NCBI GenBank assembly: GCA_041576165.1
Contig: JBFGLM010000001.1
Coordinates: 96,001-160,000, forward strand
Length of the DNA: 64,000 bases
DNA from: Acidimicrobiia bacterium
GTDB taxonomy: Bacteria > Actinomycetota > Acidimicrobiia > Spongiisociales > Spongiisociaceae
Reading direction: 5' to 3'
Each line of letters begins with the position of its first letter. The stretch's first letter is position 1. Positions 1-9,926 of the stretch are shown here, in pieces. Below the pieces are notes generated by a model, which searched no databases, was not told the origin of the DNA, and worked only from the letters and a program-made list of their open reading frames with translations. The translations under genes were made by a program, and so were the position numbers.

Positions 1-2
1 CA

Positions 3-419
3 TCGGTCCGGATCGCGTCTGAGTTCCTGGCCGATGGGTGGGTGTTGCGGACCGAAGCACCCGATGGTGCGCGCACATATGAAGTGCAGTCCGGCGGGCT
101 TGCCACCAGTGACGACCTGGCGATGGTGGTGCTCGTCAACGCCGCCAGTGCATCGGCGTCCGAGGTCGTGAGCGCCGCGCTGCAGGAGGCAGGTCGGGCG
201 ACAATCATGGGAGAACCGACCTTCGGCAAGAACACCGTCCAACAGCAGTTCAGTCTTGCGAATGACGGCGCCCTGAAGGTGACGATCGCGCGCTGGGTCA
301 CGCCGGCGGGCGCTTCGTTCGGCGGCCACGGGGTGCAGCCCGACGTCGTGGTCGAGGTACCCGGCGAGGCTGAAGCAGACGTGATGCTGGAGCAGGCGAT
401 CGCTTTCTTCGGGATGTGA
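3..419 (+). CDS. S41 family carboxy-terminal processing peptidase, C-terminal part (5' truncated by window)
   Basis: Motifs VLVNAASASASEVVSAALQ, GEPTFGK, TIARWVTPAG and GVQPD. The frame is open to the window start. Confidence 0.9.
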   Translation, partial: SVRIASEFLADGWVLRTEAPDGARTYEVQSGGLATSDDLAMVVLVNAASASASEVVSAALQEAGRATIMGEPTFGKNTVQQQFSLANDGALKVTIARWVTPAGASFGGHGVQPDVVVEVPGEAEADVMLEQAIAFFGM

Positions 420-450
420 CCATCGCCGGCACCGGCCAGACGGACGGAGG

Positions 451-903
451 CTACGGCTGGTAGGCGTAGCCGGCGTGACTGGGCTCAAACCCGAGCCCGG
501 CATAAAACCGGGCCAGCCGGTCACACCGGCGGTCATGCAGCAGCTGCACCGCCGTGCAGTCTCGTCCTTCGCCGTAGTGGACGGCCCAGCGCACCAACGA
601 AGAGCCGATCCCACGATTGCGCTGCTCCGGAGCGACCCGGAGATCCGCCAGCTGGAGCCGCCGCCGGCCGGTGGCCAGATCGGGAATCTCCACCACCTGC
701 ATGCAGCCGACGACGTCATCGCCCATCACCGCCACGATCAGCCGGTGGGCGGGATCCCATTGAATCGTCTCGAACGCCTGGTGGTGGTCCGCGGTGGGCG
801 CTGGTATGGGCGCTGCTGACGCATCCCGGCTCATCAGCGACACGATCGCTTCCAGGTCATCGGGGTGAGCGTCCCGCAGCGCAATGCCTGCCGGGAGGGT
901 CAT
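451..903 (-). CDS. GNAT family N-acetyltransferase
   Basis: Acetyl-CoA motif LRVAPEQRNRGIGSSL and FYAGLGF. Start reassigned to ATG 903, just downstream of the methyltransferase stop. Confidence 0.85.
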   Translation of the reverse strand: MTLPAGIALRDAHPDDLEAIVSLMSRDASAAPIPAPTADHHQAFETIQWDPAHRLIVAVMGDDVVGCMQVVEIPDLATGRRRLQLADLRVAPEQRNRGIGSSLVRWAVHYGEGRDCTAVQLLHDRRCDRLARFYAGLGFEPSHAGYAYQP

Positions 904-907
904 GGTG

Positions 908-1963
908 TCAATGCCGCACTTCGTAATAGAGATGCGCCGGGTCGGGCGTGTCCAGGACACGCAGCGAACCAAACCCCGCGCCACGAGCAATCTCCCGGGC
1001 CTTTTCCGGATGAAAGCCCATGGTCCCGAGAGCCATTCCGTCGGCGGTCGAGGTGCCCGAGGGGAGGCAGCTGATGATCGAATACCCGTACTGCATGGCG
1101 AGGAGCGGATTGCGGAGATTGTCCTCGAAGACCGGAGCGCATTTCATGTCTTTGATCAGCCATACCCCTTCATCGGCAAGTTGCTGCTTGATTGTTACCG
1201 CTGCGACATCTGGGCGCGGCATGTCGTGCATGCAGTCCAGGGTGGTGATCAGATCGAACGGCTCCGTCTCAGGCGTGTCCTCCAGCGCAGTGTCGTAGAT
1301 CGTCACATTGGTCCGACCTCCCAGGCGGAGGCGGGCGCGCTCCGTAGCCGGAGCCGAGGGATCGACTCCCACCAATGTGGCGTCGGGAAACGCCTCGGCG
1401 AATGCCTCGAGAGCCACGCCTCCCCCACACCCGACATCGGCCATCCGGCCGCCGGCGGCCAGCCGCTCTGCGACGCCTTCGAGCTGCGCCACCACAACCG
1501 GGATCAAGAAGTTCTTGAGCCAGGGGGCATTCATGCGGTCGATCTGCGCAGCTGTTTCCATTCCCATATCGCCGTACGTGAAACCACGGCCGGTACGGAA
1601 GCTATCTGCGACTCGGGCAATGTCTTCGGGCGGCGTGCCGCCGACAAACGCGCCGATTGCACACAGCAGCGACTCCTCGTCAACGAGAACGGCCGCCGCC
1701 TCGTCGGTCAACACGTACATACCGGTTGCCTCCCGCTCGAGGAGCCCGGCCGCAGCCTGGCCCAACAGCCATTCGGCAACCCATCGCTCGTCGAGATTCA
1801 GCGCGTTTGCCAGCTGCCCGGCGGCAGTTGGACCTCTGCCGGCGAGAGCCCTGTACAGCCCGAGCCGATCGCCGAGGTGAATCATGACCGAGACCAGCTC
1901 GCCCTGTTTGTACTTCCACACGTCCAGCGCCAGCTCCTGCGCCCGTTCCATGTCGAAGCTCAT
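908..1963 (-). CDS. Class I SAM-dependent methyltransferase with N-terminal winged helix (Rv2258c-like)
   Basis: SAM motif ADVGCGGG, LDCMHDM, N-terminal LGDRLGLY...ERWVAEWL. Confidence 0.85.
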   Translation of the reverse strand: MSFDMERAQELALDVWKYKQGELVSVMIHLGDRLGLYRALAGRGPTAAGQLANALNLDERWVAEWLLGQAAAGLLEREATGMYVLTDEAAAVLVDEESLLCAIGAFVGGTPPEDIARVADSFRTGRGFTYGDMGMETAAQIDRMNAPWLKNFLIPVVVAQLEGVAERLAAGGRMADVGCGGGVALEAFAEAFPDATLVGVDPSAPATERARLRLGGRTNVTIYDTALEDTPETEPFDLITTLDCMHDMPRPDVAAVTIKQQLADEGVWLIKDMKCAPVFEDNLRNPLLAMQYGYSIISCLPSGTSTADGMALGTMGFHPEKAREIARGAGFGSLRVLDTPDPAHLYYEVRH

Positions 1964-2005
1964 GCGCCTCCTCGCTCGCGTCCGGTCAATCTAGGGCCGG
2001 TGACG

Positions 2006-3046
2006 CTACGGGCTGGGCGGATCGACCTGGCCCGGCCGGGGCGCAGGCTGGCAGCTCCAGTGCCCCCACGCCCCCCGGGGGTGGTTGATCGTGATCGAAT
2101 AGTGCACCAGCCAGGCCGCAGCCGCGATGTTGGGCTCTGGGGCGTAACGACTGGCGCCCGGAAAACCGGCGTTGGCCGAAGCGAAGGCCCAGGTTCCCTC
2201 GAGGAACTGGAAAAGCCCGGCGGCGCCCGATTCGGGGTGAGTGGCGTCCGGGTTGCCCCGGCTCTCGCAGTGCATGACCTCGAGCGCCTCGCCGACCCGA
2301 CCCGGCGGGAAGTAGCGTTGGACCAGAGGCCGCCAATGCTCAACGCCGGTCAGCGCCGCCAGCCGCCGTTCCTCCAGTTCGACGCGGTCCAGCGCCGCCT
2401 GGTACGACTCGTCCGCGGCCGCCACCTGCTCGAGGGCCGCCGCGAGTATCTCCTGGGCGATACCCAACTCCTCGGCCAGGCTCACCTCGGCCACTGCCAA
2501 ACCGTCCCGCAGTCCGCGCAGCTCACCCTCCTGGTCTCCCAGCTCCGCCCGAGCGGCCTCCAGGGTCCCCCGCCGCTCCCGCAACCGATCCATGAAGCCG
2601 ATCGCCAGATCTACGTGCTCGTCCAGCGCCTCGCTAACGACTGCCGCGCCGTGATACGAGTCGCTGAGCCACATCGCCGTCCGCCCCACCGCGGCAGTTT
2701 GATATGCGGCCACTGCGGCCGCTCCGGCAGCCGTGCGCAGCTCTACGACCTCTGCCTCCAGTTGGTCGAGCTCGGCCCTGACCGCCAGGTTGCGGTGTCC
2801 CACCGTCCAGAGGTCCGCGGCCGCGCGGTCAAAACGCTCGACGGTGTCGAGCAGCGTCGACTCCACCTCCGACTCCACGAATTCGGCCGCGACCAGCTCG
2901 GCCGCAGCCGCGTTGAGTTCCGCTTCGGCTCGGCGGGCGTCGGCCCGGGCCGCATCGACCTCGGCCTGTGATTGGCCCAGCGCCACCGGTGGCGGTATGG
3001 AAATGGCCGCGGCCAGAACCAGCACAAGCGCAGCAGCTCGCCGCAT
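2006..3046 (-). CDS. Secreted coiled-coil protein with C-terminal SLT-like lytic transglycosylase domain
   Basis: Signal peptide, long Ala/Glu coiled coil, then CESRGNPDA...SGAAGLFQF...W. Confidence 0.8.
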   Translation of the reverse strand: MRRAAALVLVLAAAISIPPPVALGQSQAEVDAARADARRAEAELNAAAAELVAAEFVESEVESTLLDTVERFDRAAADLWTVGHRNLAVRAELDQLEAEVVELRTAAGAAAVAAYQTAAVGRTAMWLSDSYHGAAVVSEALDEHVDLAIGFMDRLRERRGTLEAARAELGDQEGELRGLRDGLAVAEVSLAEELGIAQEILAAALEQVAAADESYQAALDRVELEERRLAALTGVEHWRPLVQRYFPPGRVGEALEVMHCESRGNPDATHPESGAAGLFQFLEGTWAFASANAGFPGASRYAPEPNIAAAAWLVHYSITINHPRGAWGHWSCQPAPRPGQVDPPSP

Positions 3047-3107
3047 GGACCGAAAGCGTACCGGCCGTCCGCCGGGTCATCGCGCCAATCCCCGGTAGGG
3101 TGCAGGT

Positions 3108-3776
3108 ATGGATCATGTCGTCGCCTACCGGCAGAGCCGAGAACGCCTGACCGACCTGGCCGCCGACCTCTCGGGGGAGAACCGAGCAGCCATCGTCCCG
3201 GCATCACCGGCGTGGACCGTGAAGGACACCTACGCCCACGTGGTCGGCGCGGCAGCCGATGTCGTGCATGGGCGCCTGGACGGCGCCGGCGGCGACGCAT
3301 GGACCGCAGCCCAGGTCGAAGCCCGGGCCACCCACGGTTTGGAGCAAATCCTCGAGGAGTGGGACGGGATAGGACCCCGGTTCGAAGCGAGCCTGGCGGC
3401 CGCGCCCGATGCGCTCTGGCGATTCGTCAGCGGGACCTGGCTCCACGAACAAGACATCCGAGGGGCGATTGGGTTGCGCGGACTGCGCGACACCGAGGGC
3501 GGCGCGGTGGCCCTTCGCTTGGTCGATGCAGTCGCCGACCGGGTGGACAGCGCCGGACTCACGGCGCTGCAGGTGGAGGCCGGCGATCACCGTTGGGTCC
3601 TCGGCCCAGGTGAACCGGCCGTTGTGCTGACGAGCGATCCGTACGAACTCGCCCGGGCGGTGGGTGGACGCCGCAGCCTCCGCCAGATGGCCGCTATGGA
3701 GTGGCAGGGGGATTTCGAGCCGTACATGCCGCTCCTTCCCTCTTACGGACCGACCGCGGTCGACCTGACCGACTGA
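3108..3776 (+). CDS. Mycothiol-dependent maleylpyruvate isomerase family (MDMPI/DinB-like) protein
   Basis: VPASPAWTVKDTYAH and WLHEQDIRGA metal-binding motifs. Confidence 0.85.
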   Translation: MDHVVAYRQSRERLTDLAADLSGENRAAIVPASPAWTVKDTYAHVVGAAADVVHGRLDGAGGDAWTAAQVEARATHGLEQILEEWDGIGPRFEASLAAAPDALWRFVSGTWLHEQDIRGAIGLRGLRDTEGGAVALRLVDAVADRVDSAGLTALQVEAGDHRWVLGPGEPAVVLTSDPYELARAVGGRRSLRQMAAMEWQGDFEPYMPLLPSYGPTAVDLTD

Positions 3777-3939
3777 CGGCCCGGCGCTCATGGCGAGTGG
3801 CCGCGGACCCGGCGGTCAGAGCAAGCCAATCATCGAGCGGCCGCCGCGCTCGTTGGTGGGGAGCGCGCCCACGGTGCCTCCTACCACCCGTACCTGCCGA
3901 CCATTGCTCTTCGCCCCACAAACGCCATACTGCCTGCCC

Positions 3940-4320
3940 ATGTTCGACGGGCAGATAACCTTCATCTACGTAGCCGATCTCGAGCGGTCACACGATTTCT
4001 ATCGCGCCACGCTCGGTCTCAGCCTGGTGCTCGACCAGGGCCGGTGCCGGGTCTACCGGGCAGCCACAGCCGCCTACATCGGGATATGCGACACGCGGCC
4101 TCCTGTGGCGTCGAGTTCGCTGATCCTGACGCTCGTCACCGATGACGTGGACGGTGTGCACACCCGGTTGGTCGACGCCGGTGCTCCTATCGACGTCGCT
4201 CCCCGATCCAACCCCGAGTTTGGGATCTACCAACTGTTCACCCGCGATCCCGACGGCTACGTGGTCGAGGTGCAGCGCTTCGACGATCCATCGTGGGCGA
4301 GCAGTGACGAGAGCATTTGA
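3940..4320 (+). CDS. VOC/glyoxalase family protein
   Basis: ITFIYVADLERSHDFY...LGL and FTRDPDGYVVEVQ. Start reassigned to ATG 3940. Confidence 0.85.
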   Translation: MFDGQITFIYVADLERSHDFYRATLGLSLVLDQGRCRVYRAATAAYIGICDTRPPVASSSLILTLVTDDVDGVHTRLVDAGAPIDVAPRSNPEFGIYQLFTRDPDGYVVEVQRFDDPSWASSDESI

Positions 4321-4349
4321 GGGTCGCGTCGGGGGGCCGGTAGGACCGC

Positions 4350-5549
4350 TCAACCGGCCTGAGGCACTTTTTCAACCCGGCGAGCCAACCCGCCAATGGT
4401 GAGCGCGGCGACACTCAGCGCGCCGGCTACCAGCAGCCACGCCGCCCGGAACGAGACTTGCTCGCTGAGGAGCCCGATCAGGACGGGAGCCAGGCCGGCG
4501 CCGACGAAGACACCCGCCTGCGCGATCGCTGAGGAGGAGGCCACCGACCCGGCATTGGCTCTGACGACGGAATATGTCATCAACCCGGGCCAGCCCCACC
4601 CAGTGGCGAATGCCACCAGCGCGGCGATGGTGAAGCCGAGTCCGGCGGCAACGGATAGAAAAAGCGCGGCGACCGCTCCGGCGGCCATCAACACCGCCAT
4701 GGCCCCAAACCCGCGCCAGCCGAATGCGTCGGCGAGCAGCCCATTGACGATCCGGGCCATGATGGTCACCAATCCCCCAACGGACAGGAGCACCCCCGCG
4801 GTGGCTTCGCTCAGCCCGGACGCCACCGCTGCGGTGACCGTGAAGGTGCCCAGCATCGACGGCGCAACGGTGGCGAACACTCCGCCGATGGCCAGCCTCC
4901 GCAAGCTGGCCGGATCCAGCAGCGCCCGTGTTTCCCGCGGCGAAGTCGTGGCGTCGCCCGGCCCCGGCGCATCCGGTGGGATCAGCAGATAAACCCCCGC
5001 TGCCACGACGGCGCCGGCTGCGAACGACCAGCGCCACCCGGCGTTGACGATGATCAGCGGCACTGCGAGGCCGGCCAGGAGGGTCGACGTGGGAATGCCG
5101 GCATGTTTCAGCCCGAACACCACGCCTTGCCGCTCTCGGGACACGATTTCGGCCAGGGCGGTGTTCGCAGCCGGATTGCCGAATCCATAGAAGAAGGCGG
5201 CCACCATCAGCAGGACGGCGAGTGAGGCCAAATTGCGGATGGCGACCGACATGGCCAGCAACAGAACGCCGGTCCCGATGACGTTGATGCGCATGGCGGT
5301 TCTCCAGCCGATCCGTTCGACCAGACGTCCGATCGGGAAGCTCACGACTCCGGCCGTCAGGAAGAAGGCGGCGGTCAGATAGCCCAGGCCGCCGGCCCGA
5401 AACCCGACGTCCTTGCCGATCGTGATGGCCCCCGCCCCGAGCAAGAACACCGGCAACGTGCCTACCGCGATCAGCAACACGGACAACGCCAGCAGGCGGC
5501 CGTGCAGCGCAGTAGGAAAGAGCTGCGGCGGGCGAGGATGTGGCACCAC
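4350..5549 (-). CDS. MFS transporter
   Basis: About 12 hydrophobic segments, motif-A-like GRLVERIGWR and GLLADAFGWR. The start may be GTG 5546. Confidence 0.85.
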   Translation of the reverse strand: MVPHPRPPQLFPTALHGRLLALSVLLIAVGTLPVFLLGAGAITIGKDVGFRAGGLGYLTAAFFLTAGVVSFPIGRLVERIGWRTAMRINVIGTGVLLLAMSVAIRNLASLAVLLMVAAFFYGFGNPAANTALAEIVSRERQGVVFGLKHAGIPTSTLLAGLAVPLIIVNAGWRWSFAAGAVVAAGVYLLIPPDAPGPGDATTSPRETRALLDPASLRRLAIGGVFATVAPSMLGTFTVTAAVASGLSEATAGVLLSVGGLVTIMARIVNGLLADAFGWRGFGAMAVLMAAGAVAALFLSVAAGLGFTIAALVAFATGWGWPGLMTYSVVRANAGSVASSSAIAQAGVFVGAGLAPVLIGLLSEQVSFRAAWLLVAGALSVAALTIGGLARRVEKVPQAG

Positions 5550-5592
5550 CAGATCGTAGGGTGCCGCCGAGCCGGTTCTGCCGCTCGGTTGC

Positions 5593-6159
5593 CTAATTCA
5601 GGCTGGGGTCGATCGGCATCGAAGCAAGCAGCGACAGCCAGCCGCCCTGACGCCGTAGCACGTCCGACCAGAGGTTATCGGGTTCATGGGAGAAGACGTC
5701 GTCGGGTACTGCCTCCACCACGATCCAGCTGCCGACCGCCAGCTCGCCCTCCAGCTGGCCCGGCCCCCACCCGGCATATCCTGCAAAAACCCGCACCTCG
5801 AGGCTGTCGCCCTCGGCCGGTTCGGCATCCAGATCCACGGCGCGGATCCCGTGTACCTGGGCCCATCCTTCCAGCACGCGTCCCCCAACGCCCCGGGCCA
5901 GGCCCAGGCCACCGCCTTCGCCGACGGGCCCGCCGATGAACACCACCCTTGGCTCCACTGCGAAGGACCACCAGCCGGGCAGATGGTCCAGCAAATCGGC
6001 GTCGGCCGGGCGATTCAGAACAACCCCGGCGGCTCCCTCCTGGTCGTGCTCGAGCACCAGAATCACGGTGCGGGCGAAGTTTGGGTCCAATAGGCCCGGG
6101 CTGGCTACCAACAGCCTGCCGGCCACCGGGTCCCCCGTGGCAGCCCCGTCACCGGACAC
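5593..6159 (-). CDS. YqgE/AlgH (UPF0301) family protein
   Basis: GRLLVASPGLLDPNFARTVI, GVVLNRP, FAGYAGWGPGQLEGE, DPSLN end. GTG 6159 is preceded by GGGAGG. Confidence 0.9.
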   Translation of the reverse strand: MSGDGAATGDPVAGRLLVASPGLLDPNFARTVILVLEHDQEGAAGVVLNRPADADLLDHLPGWWSFAVEPRVVFIGGPVGEGGGLGLARGVGGRVLEGWAQVHGIRAVDLDAEPAEGDSLEVRVFAGYAGWGPGQLEGELAVGSWIVVEAVPDDVFSHEPDNLWSDVLRRQGGWLSLLASMPIDPSLN

Positions 6160-6359
6160 GGTCCCTCCCAACCGTGCTGACAGGCGCAGGAGGCGTCTCG
6201 ATTTGCCGAGGCGCGGCGGCATCGACGGGTGCCTTTCGGCGGCGCCCCACATGTCGCTGGGCAGGCAACGCTCGCATGGGCAAACGCTACCGTCCGGCAC
6301 ACGAAATTGGAGGGGGCCCCGGCCCGGGCCGGGCCCGGCGGAGCCGTTAAGGTACCGGG

Positions 6360-8651
6360 ATGCCTGGCTCAATCCTCGGAAACGTCGTGAAGCGAGTGGA
6401 GGACCCTCGGTTCATCACCGGCACCGGCAGCTATCTAGACGACAAGCAACTCGACGGCCTCGTGCACATGGTCACCGTTCGCTCACCCGTTGCCCACGGC
6501 GTGATCACCGAGATCGACACGGACTTCGCAAAATCGATGCCCGGGGTGGTCGGCATCTACATCCACGGCGATCTGGAGATCGCTGACCTCCGAGGCACCG
6601 GTGGTGCGCCCAGACAGGCCGCAATGCCGGTACCGGCCCGCGATCGGGTGCGGTACGTCGGTGATGTTGTCGCCGCGGTAGTGGCGGAGACGCAACGCCA
6701 GGCGCAAGACGCGGCGGATCAAGTATGGGTGGAGATCGATCCATTGCCTGCGGTAGCGGATGCCTCCGCAGCCACCGCAAATGGAGCCCCCGTCATCTGG
6801 GAAGAGATCGGTACCAACGTCGTGAAAGAAACCGATCACCATCCAGATGGCGATCCGCTGGCCGACGCCGACGTGGTGGTCTCCGCCACGTTCGTGAATC
6901 AACGGCTGGCGGCGGTGCCGCTCGAGAACAACTCGGCCCTCGCCTATCCAGACCCTGAAACCGGGGGACTCGTCCTGTGGGCGGGCACCCAGAACATCTT
7001 CGGCCACCGGAGCGGTGTTGCTCGGGCCCTGGGAATGGATGAAGGCCTGATCCGGGGCCGCATGCCCGACATGGGTGGTGGGTTTGGCGCCAAGTTCCCC
7101 GTCTATCCGCAGCAAGTACTGGTAGCGGCACTGGCCCGCCACCTGGAGCGGCCGGTGAAGTGGATCGAGACTCGGAGCGAGAACCTGACGATCATGACGC
7201 ACGGTCGCGATCAGATCCAACACGTGAAGCTCGGCGCCAAACACGACGGCACGTTCGTAGGCATGACGGTCGAGATCGATGCGAACGTCGGGGCCTATCC
7301 AACGTTCGGCGTCTTCCTTCCCGGGCTGACGCTGAGGATGGCGCCCGGCGTGTACAACATTCCCAAGGTCTCGGCGAAAGCGCGCTGCATAGCCACCAAT
7401 ACCACACCGACACACGCGTACCGGGGGGCCGGCCGCCCCGAAGCTGCGTCGCTGCTGGAGAGAGTCGTCGACATGCTCGCCACCGAGCTGAATATGGACC
7501 CTGTCCAGCTGCGACGCGTCAACTTCATATCCAACGACGCGTTCCCGTTCGAGACCGCAACCGGTGAGACCTACGACGTCGGCGACTATGCGGCCGCTCT
7601 CGACCGGGCGGTGAAGCTGGCGGGTTACGAGGAGCTTCGCGCCGAGCAGGCGCAGCGCCGGGAACGCGAGGACCGGGTGCAGATTGGCATCGGGGTGTCG
7701 GCGTATGTCGAGATAACGGCACTAGCCCGCGGCGACTGGGGCTCGGTCGTGGTGGATCAAGACGGTGGGATCACCGCGCTCGTCGGCACCAGCGGCCATG
7801 GCCAGGGCCACGAAACCGCGTTCGCCCAGATCGTGGCCGAGCTGTTCAAGGTGCCGATCGAGCAAGTCCGGGTGGTGGAAGGCGACACCAAGCTGATAGC
7901 TCGCGGCGAAGGAACCGGGGGCTCGCGGTCCCTCCAGATTGGAGGCTCGGTGATCCTGCAGGCCGGAGAGGGCGTGATCGACAAGGCCAAGCGGCTGTTC
8001 GCCCACCTCAATGAGGTTGCCACCGAAGACGTTGTCGTGTTCGACAACGGCTCAGTCGGCGTCGCCGGAGTACCAGACTCCGGCATGACGTGGGGTGAGC
8101 TGTCGCAGGCGGCCCACGATGCCGACCGGCGCCCCGCCGACATGGAGGCCGGTCTCGAATACGCGACGGAGTTCGAATCGGAGCGAGCCTCATTCCCATT
8201 CGGCGTCCACATATGTGTCGTAGAAGTCGACACCGAGACCGGGGATGTACGGGTGCGGCGCCACATCGCCGTGGACGACTGCGGCCGGATCTTCAACCGG
8301 CTGCTCGTGGACGGCCAGGTCCACGGTGGCGTGGCCCAGGGAGTCGGCCAGGCTTTGCTCGAACATGTCCAGTACGACGCCGACGCCAATCCCGTCACCG
8401 CCAATTTGGTCAGCTATCTGATCCCCGGGGCAACCAACGTGCCGTCAGTCGAGGTGGATCACACCGAGACGCCCACACCGCTCAATCCGCTCGGCGCGAA
8501 GGGGATTGGGGAGTCGGGGACGATCGGGTCGACTCCGGCTGTGCAAAACGCCGTCGTGGACGCGCTGGCCCATCTCGGGGTGCAGCACATCGACATGCCG
8601 GCCAGCCCCTCCCGGGTGTGGACCACGATCCAGGCCACGCGCCGCACCTGA
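6360..8651 (+). CDS. Xanthine dehydrogenase-family molybdopterin-binding subunit (form II CoxL-like)
   Basis: RVEDPRFITG, GGGFGAK, active-site loop AYRGAGR, GQGHET, GAKGIGESG. Confidence 0.9.
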   Translation: MPGSILGNVVKRVEDPRFITGTGSYLDDKQLDGLVHMVTVRSPVAHGVITEIDTDFAKSMPGVVGIYIHGDLEIADLRGTGGAPRQAAMPVPARDRVRYVGDVVAAVVAETQRQAQDAADQVWVEIDPLPAVADASAATANGAPVIWEEIGTNVVKETDHHPDGDPLADADVVVSATFVNQRLAAVPLENNSALAYPDPETGGLVLWAGTQNIFGHRSGVARALGMDEGLIRGRMPDMGGGFGAKFPVYPQQVLVAALARHLERPVKWIETRSENLTIMTHGRDQIQHVKLGAKHDGTFVGMTVEIDANVGAYPTFGVFLPGLTLRMAPGVYNIPKVSAKARCIATNTTPTHAYRGAGRPEAASLLERVVDMLATELNMDPVQLRRVNFISNDAFPFETATGETYDVGDYAAALDRAVKLAGYEELRAEQAQRREREDRVQIGIGVSAYVEITALARGDWGSVVVDQDGGITALVGTSGHGQGHETAFAQIVAELFKVPIEQVRVVEGDTKLIARGEGTGGSRSLQIGGSVILQAGEGVIDKAKRLFAHLNEVATEDVVVFDNGSVGVAGVPDSGMTWGELSQAAHDADRRPADMEAGLEYATEFESERASFPFGVHICVVEVDTETGDVRVRRHIAVDDCGRIFNRLLVDGQVHGGVAQGVGQALLEHVQYDADANPVTANLVSYLIPGATNVPSVEVDHTETPTPLNPLGAKGIGESGTIGSTPAVQNAVVDALAHLGVQHIDMPASPSRVWTTIQATRRT

Positions 8652-8669
8652 ACACCGTGGGCTCGTGGC

Positions 8670-9356
8670 TCAGAACTCAAGGCCGACGGCCCCACACAAG
8701 AAGCGGGTGAACGGAACCGACCGCCGGCAATAGTCCGTGAAGTCCTCCATGAAGTGATCCGAGGTAACGGTGGATTGCTTCACGCGGGTCGATGCAATGA
8801 AATCCTTCCGCTTCAGATCTTCGATCAGTGGATGATCCGCGTCGAAGCCCTTTGGGGGGCGGGCTAGCGTGTCGCCCCCCAGCTCGAAAACGTCGGTGAA
8901 CCGCTTGGTGCGGGAGGCCTTCCTCCAGCCGTCGGGGTCATCGTCGATCGCATGGCGGATCTGGTAGGCCGCCTTCGTTTCCGGTCGCCACAGCCCGACG
9001 CCCATGTAGCACTGACCCGGCTGCAGGTGGAGGTAGAAGCCGGGTGCGTGCACGTCCTTGGCGCGCTCGTGTCGGAAATGCATCCCGGTGTTCGTCTTGT
9101 AGGGGGTCTTGTCCTTCGAGAAGCGGGTATCCCGTTGGATCCGAAACAGCGAACCGCCCACGGTTCGAGAATCTGCCACGAAGTGCGGTGAAATCCTGGC
9201 AAGGGGTTTGGCGAAGTCGTTGATGAAGTCGAGCGCGGGCTCTCGAATGTGCGCCTCATAGGCGTCTTGGTTCGCCTTGAACCAGTCTCGATCGTTGTTG
9301 GCTTCCAGGTCGCGCAGGAAGGCGAACAGCTTTGGCGTGAAGTAACGGGTACCCAT
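8670..9356 (-). CDS. DUF2461 family protein
   Basis: FLRDLEANNDRDWF, FRIQRDTRFSKDKTPYK, PGFYLH. Confidence 0.9.
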   Translation of the reverse strand: MGTRYFTPKLFAFLRDLEANNDRDWFKANQDAYEAHIREPALDFINDFAKPLARISPHFVADSRTVGGSLFRIQRDTRFSKDKTPYKTNTGMHFRHERAKDVHAPGFYLHLQPGQCYMGVGLWRPETKAAYQIRHAIDDDPDGWRKASRTKRFTDVFELGGDTLARPPKGFDADHPLIEDLKRKDFIASTRVKQSTVTSDHFMEDFTDYCRRSVPFTRFLCGAVGLEF

Positions 9357-9494
9357 GACTCAACGCTACCGGGCCGGGCGCAGAGCCGGAAGGGGCCTGT
9401 GGGCCGACCCGCCGCGCCCCCTCCTCCGAACCTCTGCCTGTCCCTCAGGCAGCCGGCCGGGGCCCGGAGAATCCCCCCACGGAGGCGTGACTGA

Positions 9495-9806
9495 TCAGAG
9501 CCAGTCGAGACCGGTCTTGCGCGCAACCGCGTAGGTCACCCCGAACACGGCGGCCACCAGGACCACGGTCGGTATCACCACGAATGTGGTCGGCGAAGGC
9601 CAGAGGGTCCACGTTGCGACTATGGCACCGATCAGAGCGAGCACTGCGACGCCGCCGCCCCATACTGCCAGGCGTCGACTGATGCGCCGCCGGGTGGAAA
9701 CACGGTGCGTTCGTGCGACGGCTCGCCGAGCCATCCGCCCGTGCCGGCGTATGACGTAATCCGGGATGGTGTCCGGTACCTGGACGTCAAACTTGTCGCC
9801 GTTCAT
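9495..9806 (-). CDS. Small hypothetical membrane protein (2 TM)
   Basis: Basic N-terminus and two hydrophobic helices; fills an intergenic gap. Confidence 0.6.
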   Translation of the reverse strand: MNGDKFDVQVPDTIPDYVIRRHGRMARRAVARTHRVSTRRRISRRLAVWGGGVAVLALIGAIVATWTLWPSPTTFVVIPTVVLVAAVFGVTYAVARKTGLDWL

Positions 9807-9926
9807 TCCGTGATCCCCTTACGGTCCTATGGATGCTTCGGCATGGTGCCACTTGTCCTTGAACCGTGCGTTTCGCGAATTCGCACCCGTGGCAGGTTCC
9901 TAGACTGAGGATACGGGGAGGTCGGA

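Noticed and set aside
884-2971. 695-aa ORF on the + strand
   Set aside because: Antisense to the methyltransferase and transglycosylase genes; Arg/His-rich with no motifs.
6360-8651. Calling this a true CO dehydrogenase (coxL form I)
   Set aside because: It lacks the AYXCSFR copper-ligand motif, and there are no adjacent coxM or coxS genes.
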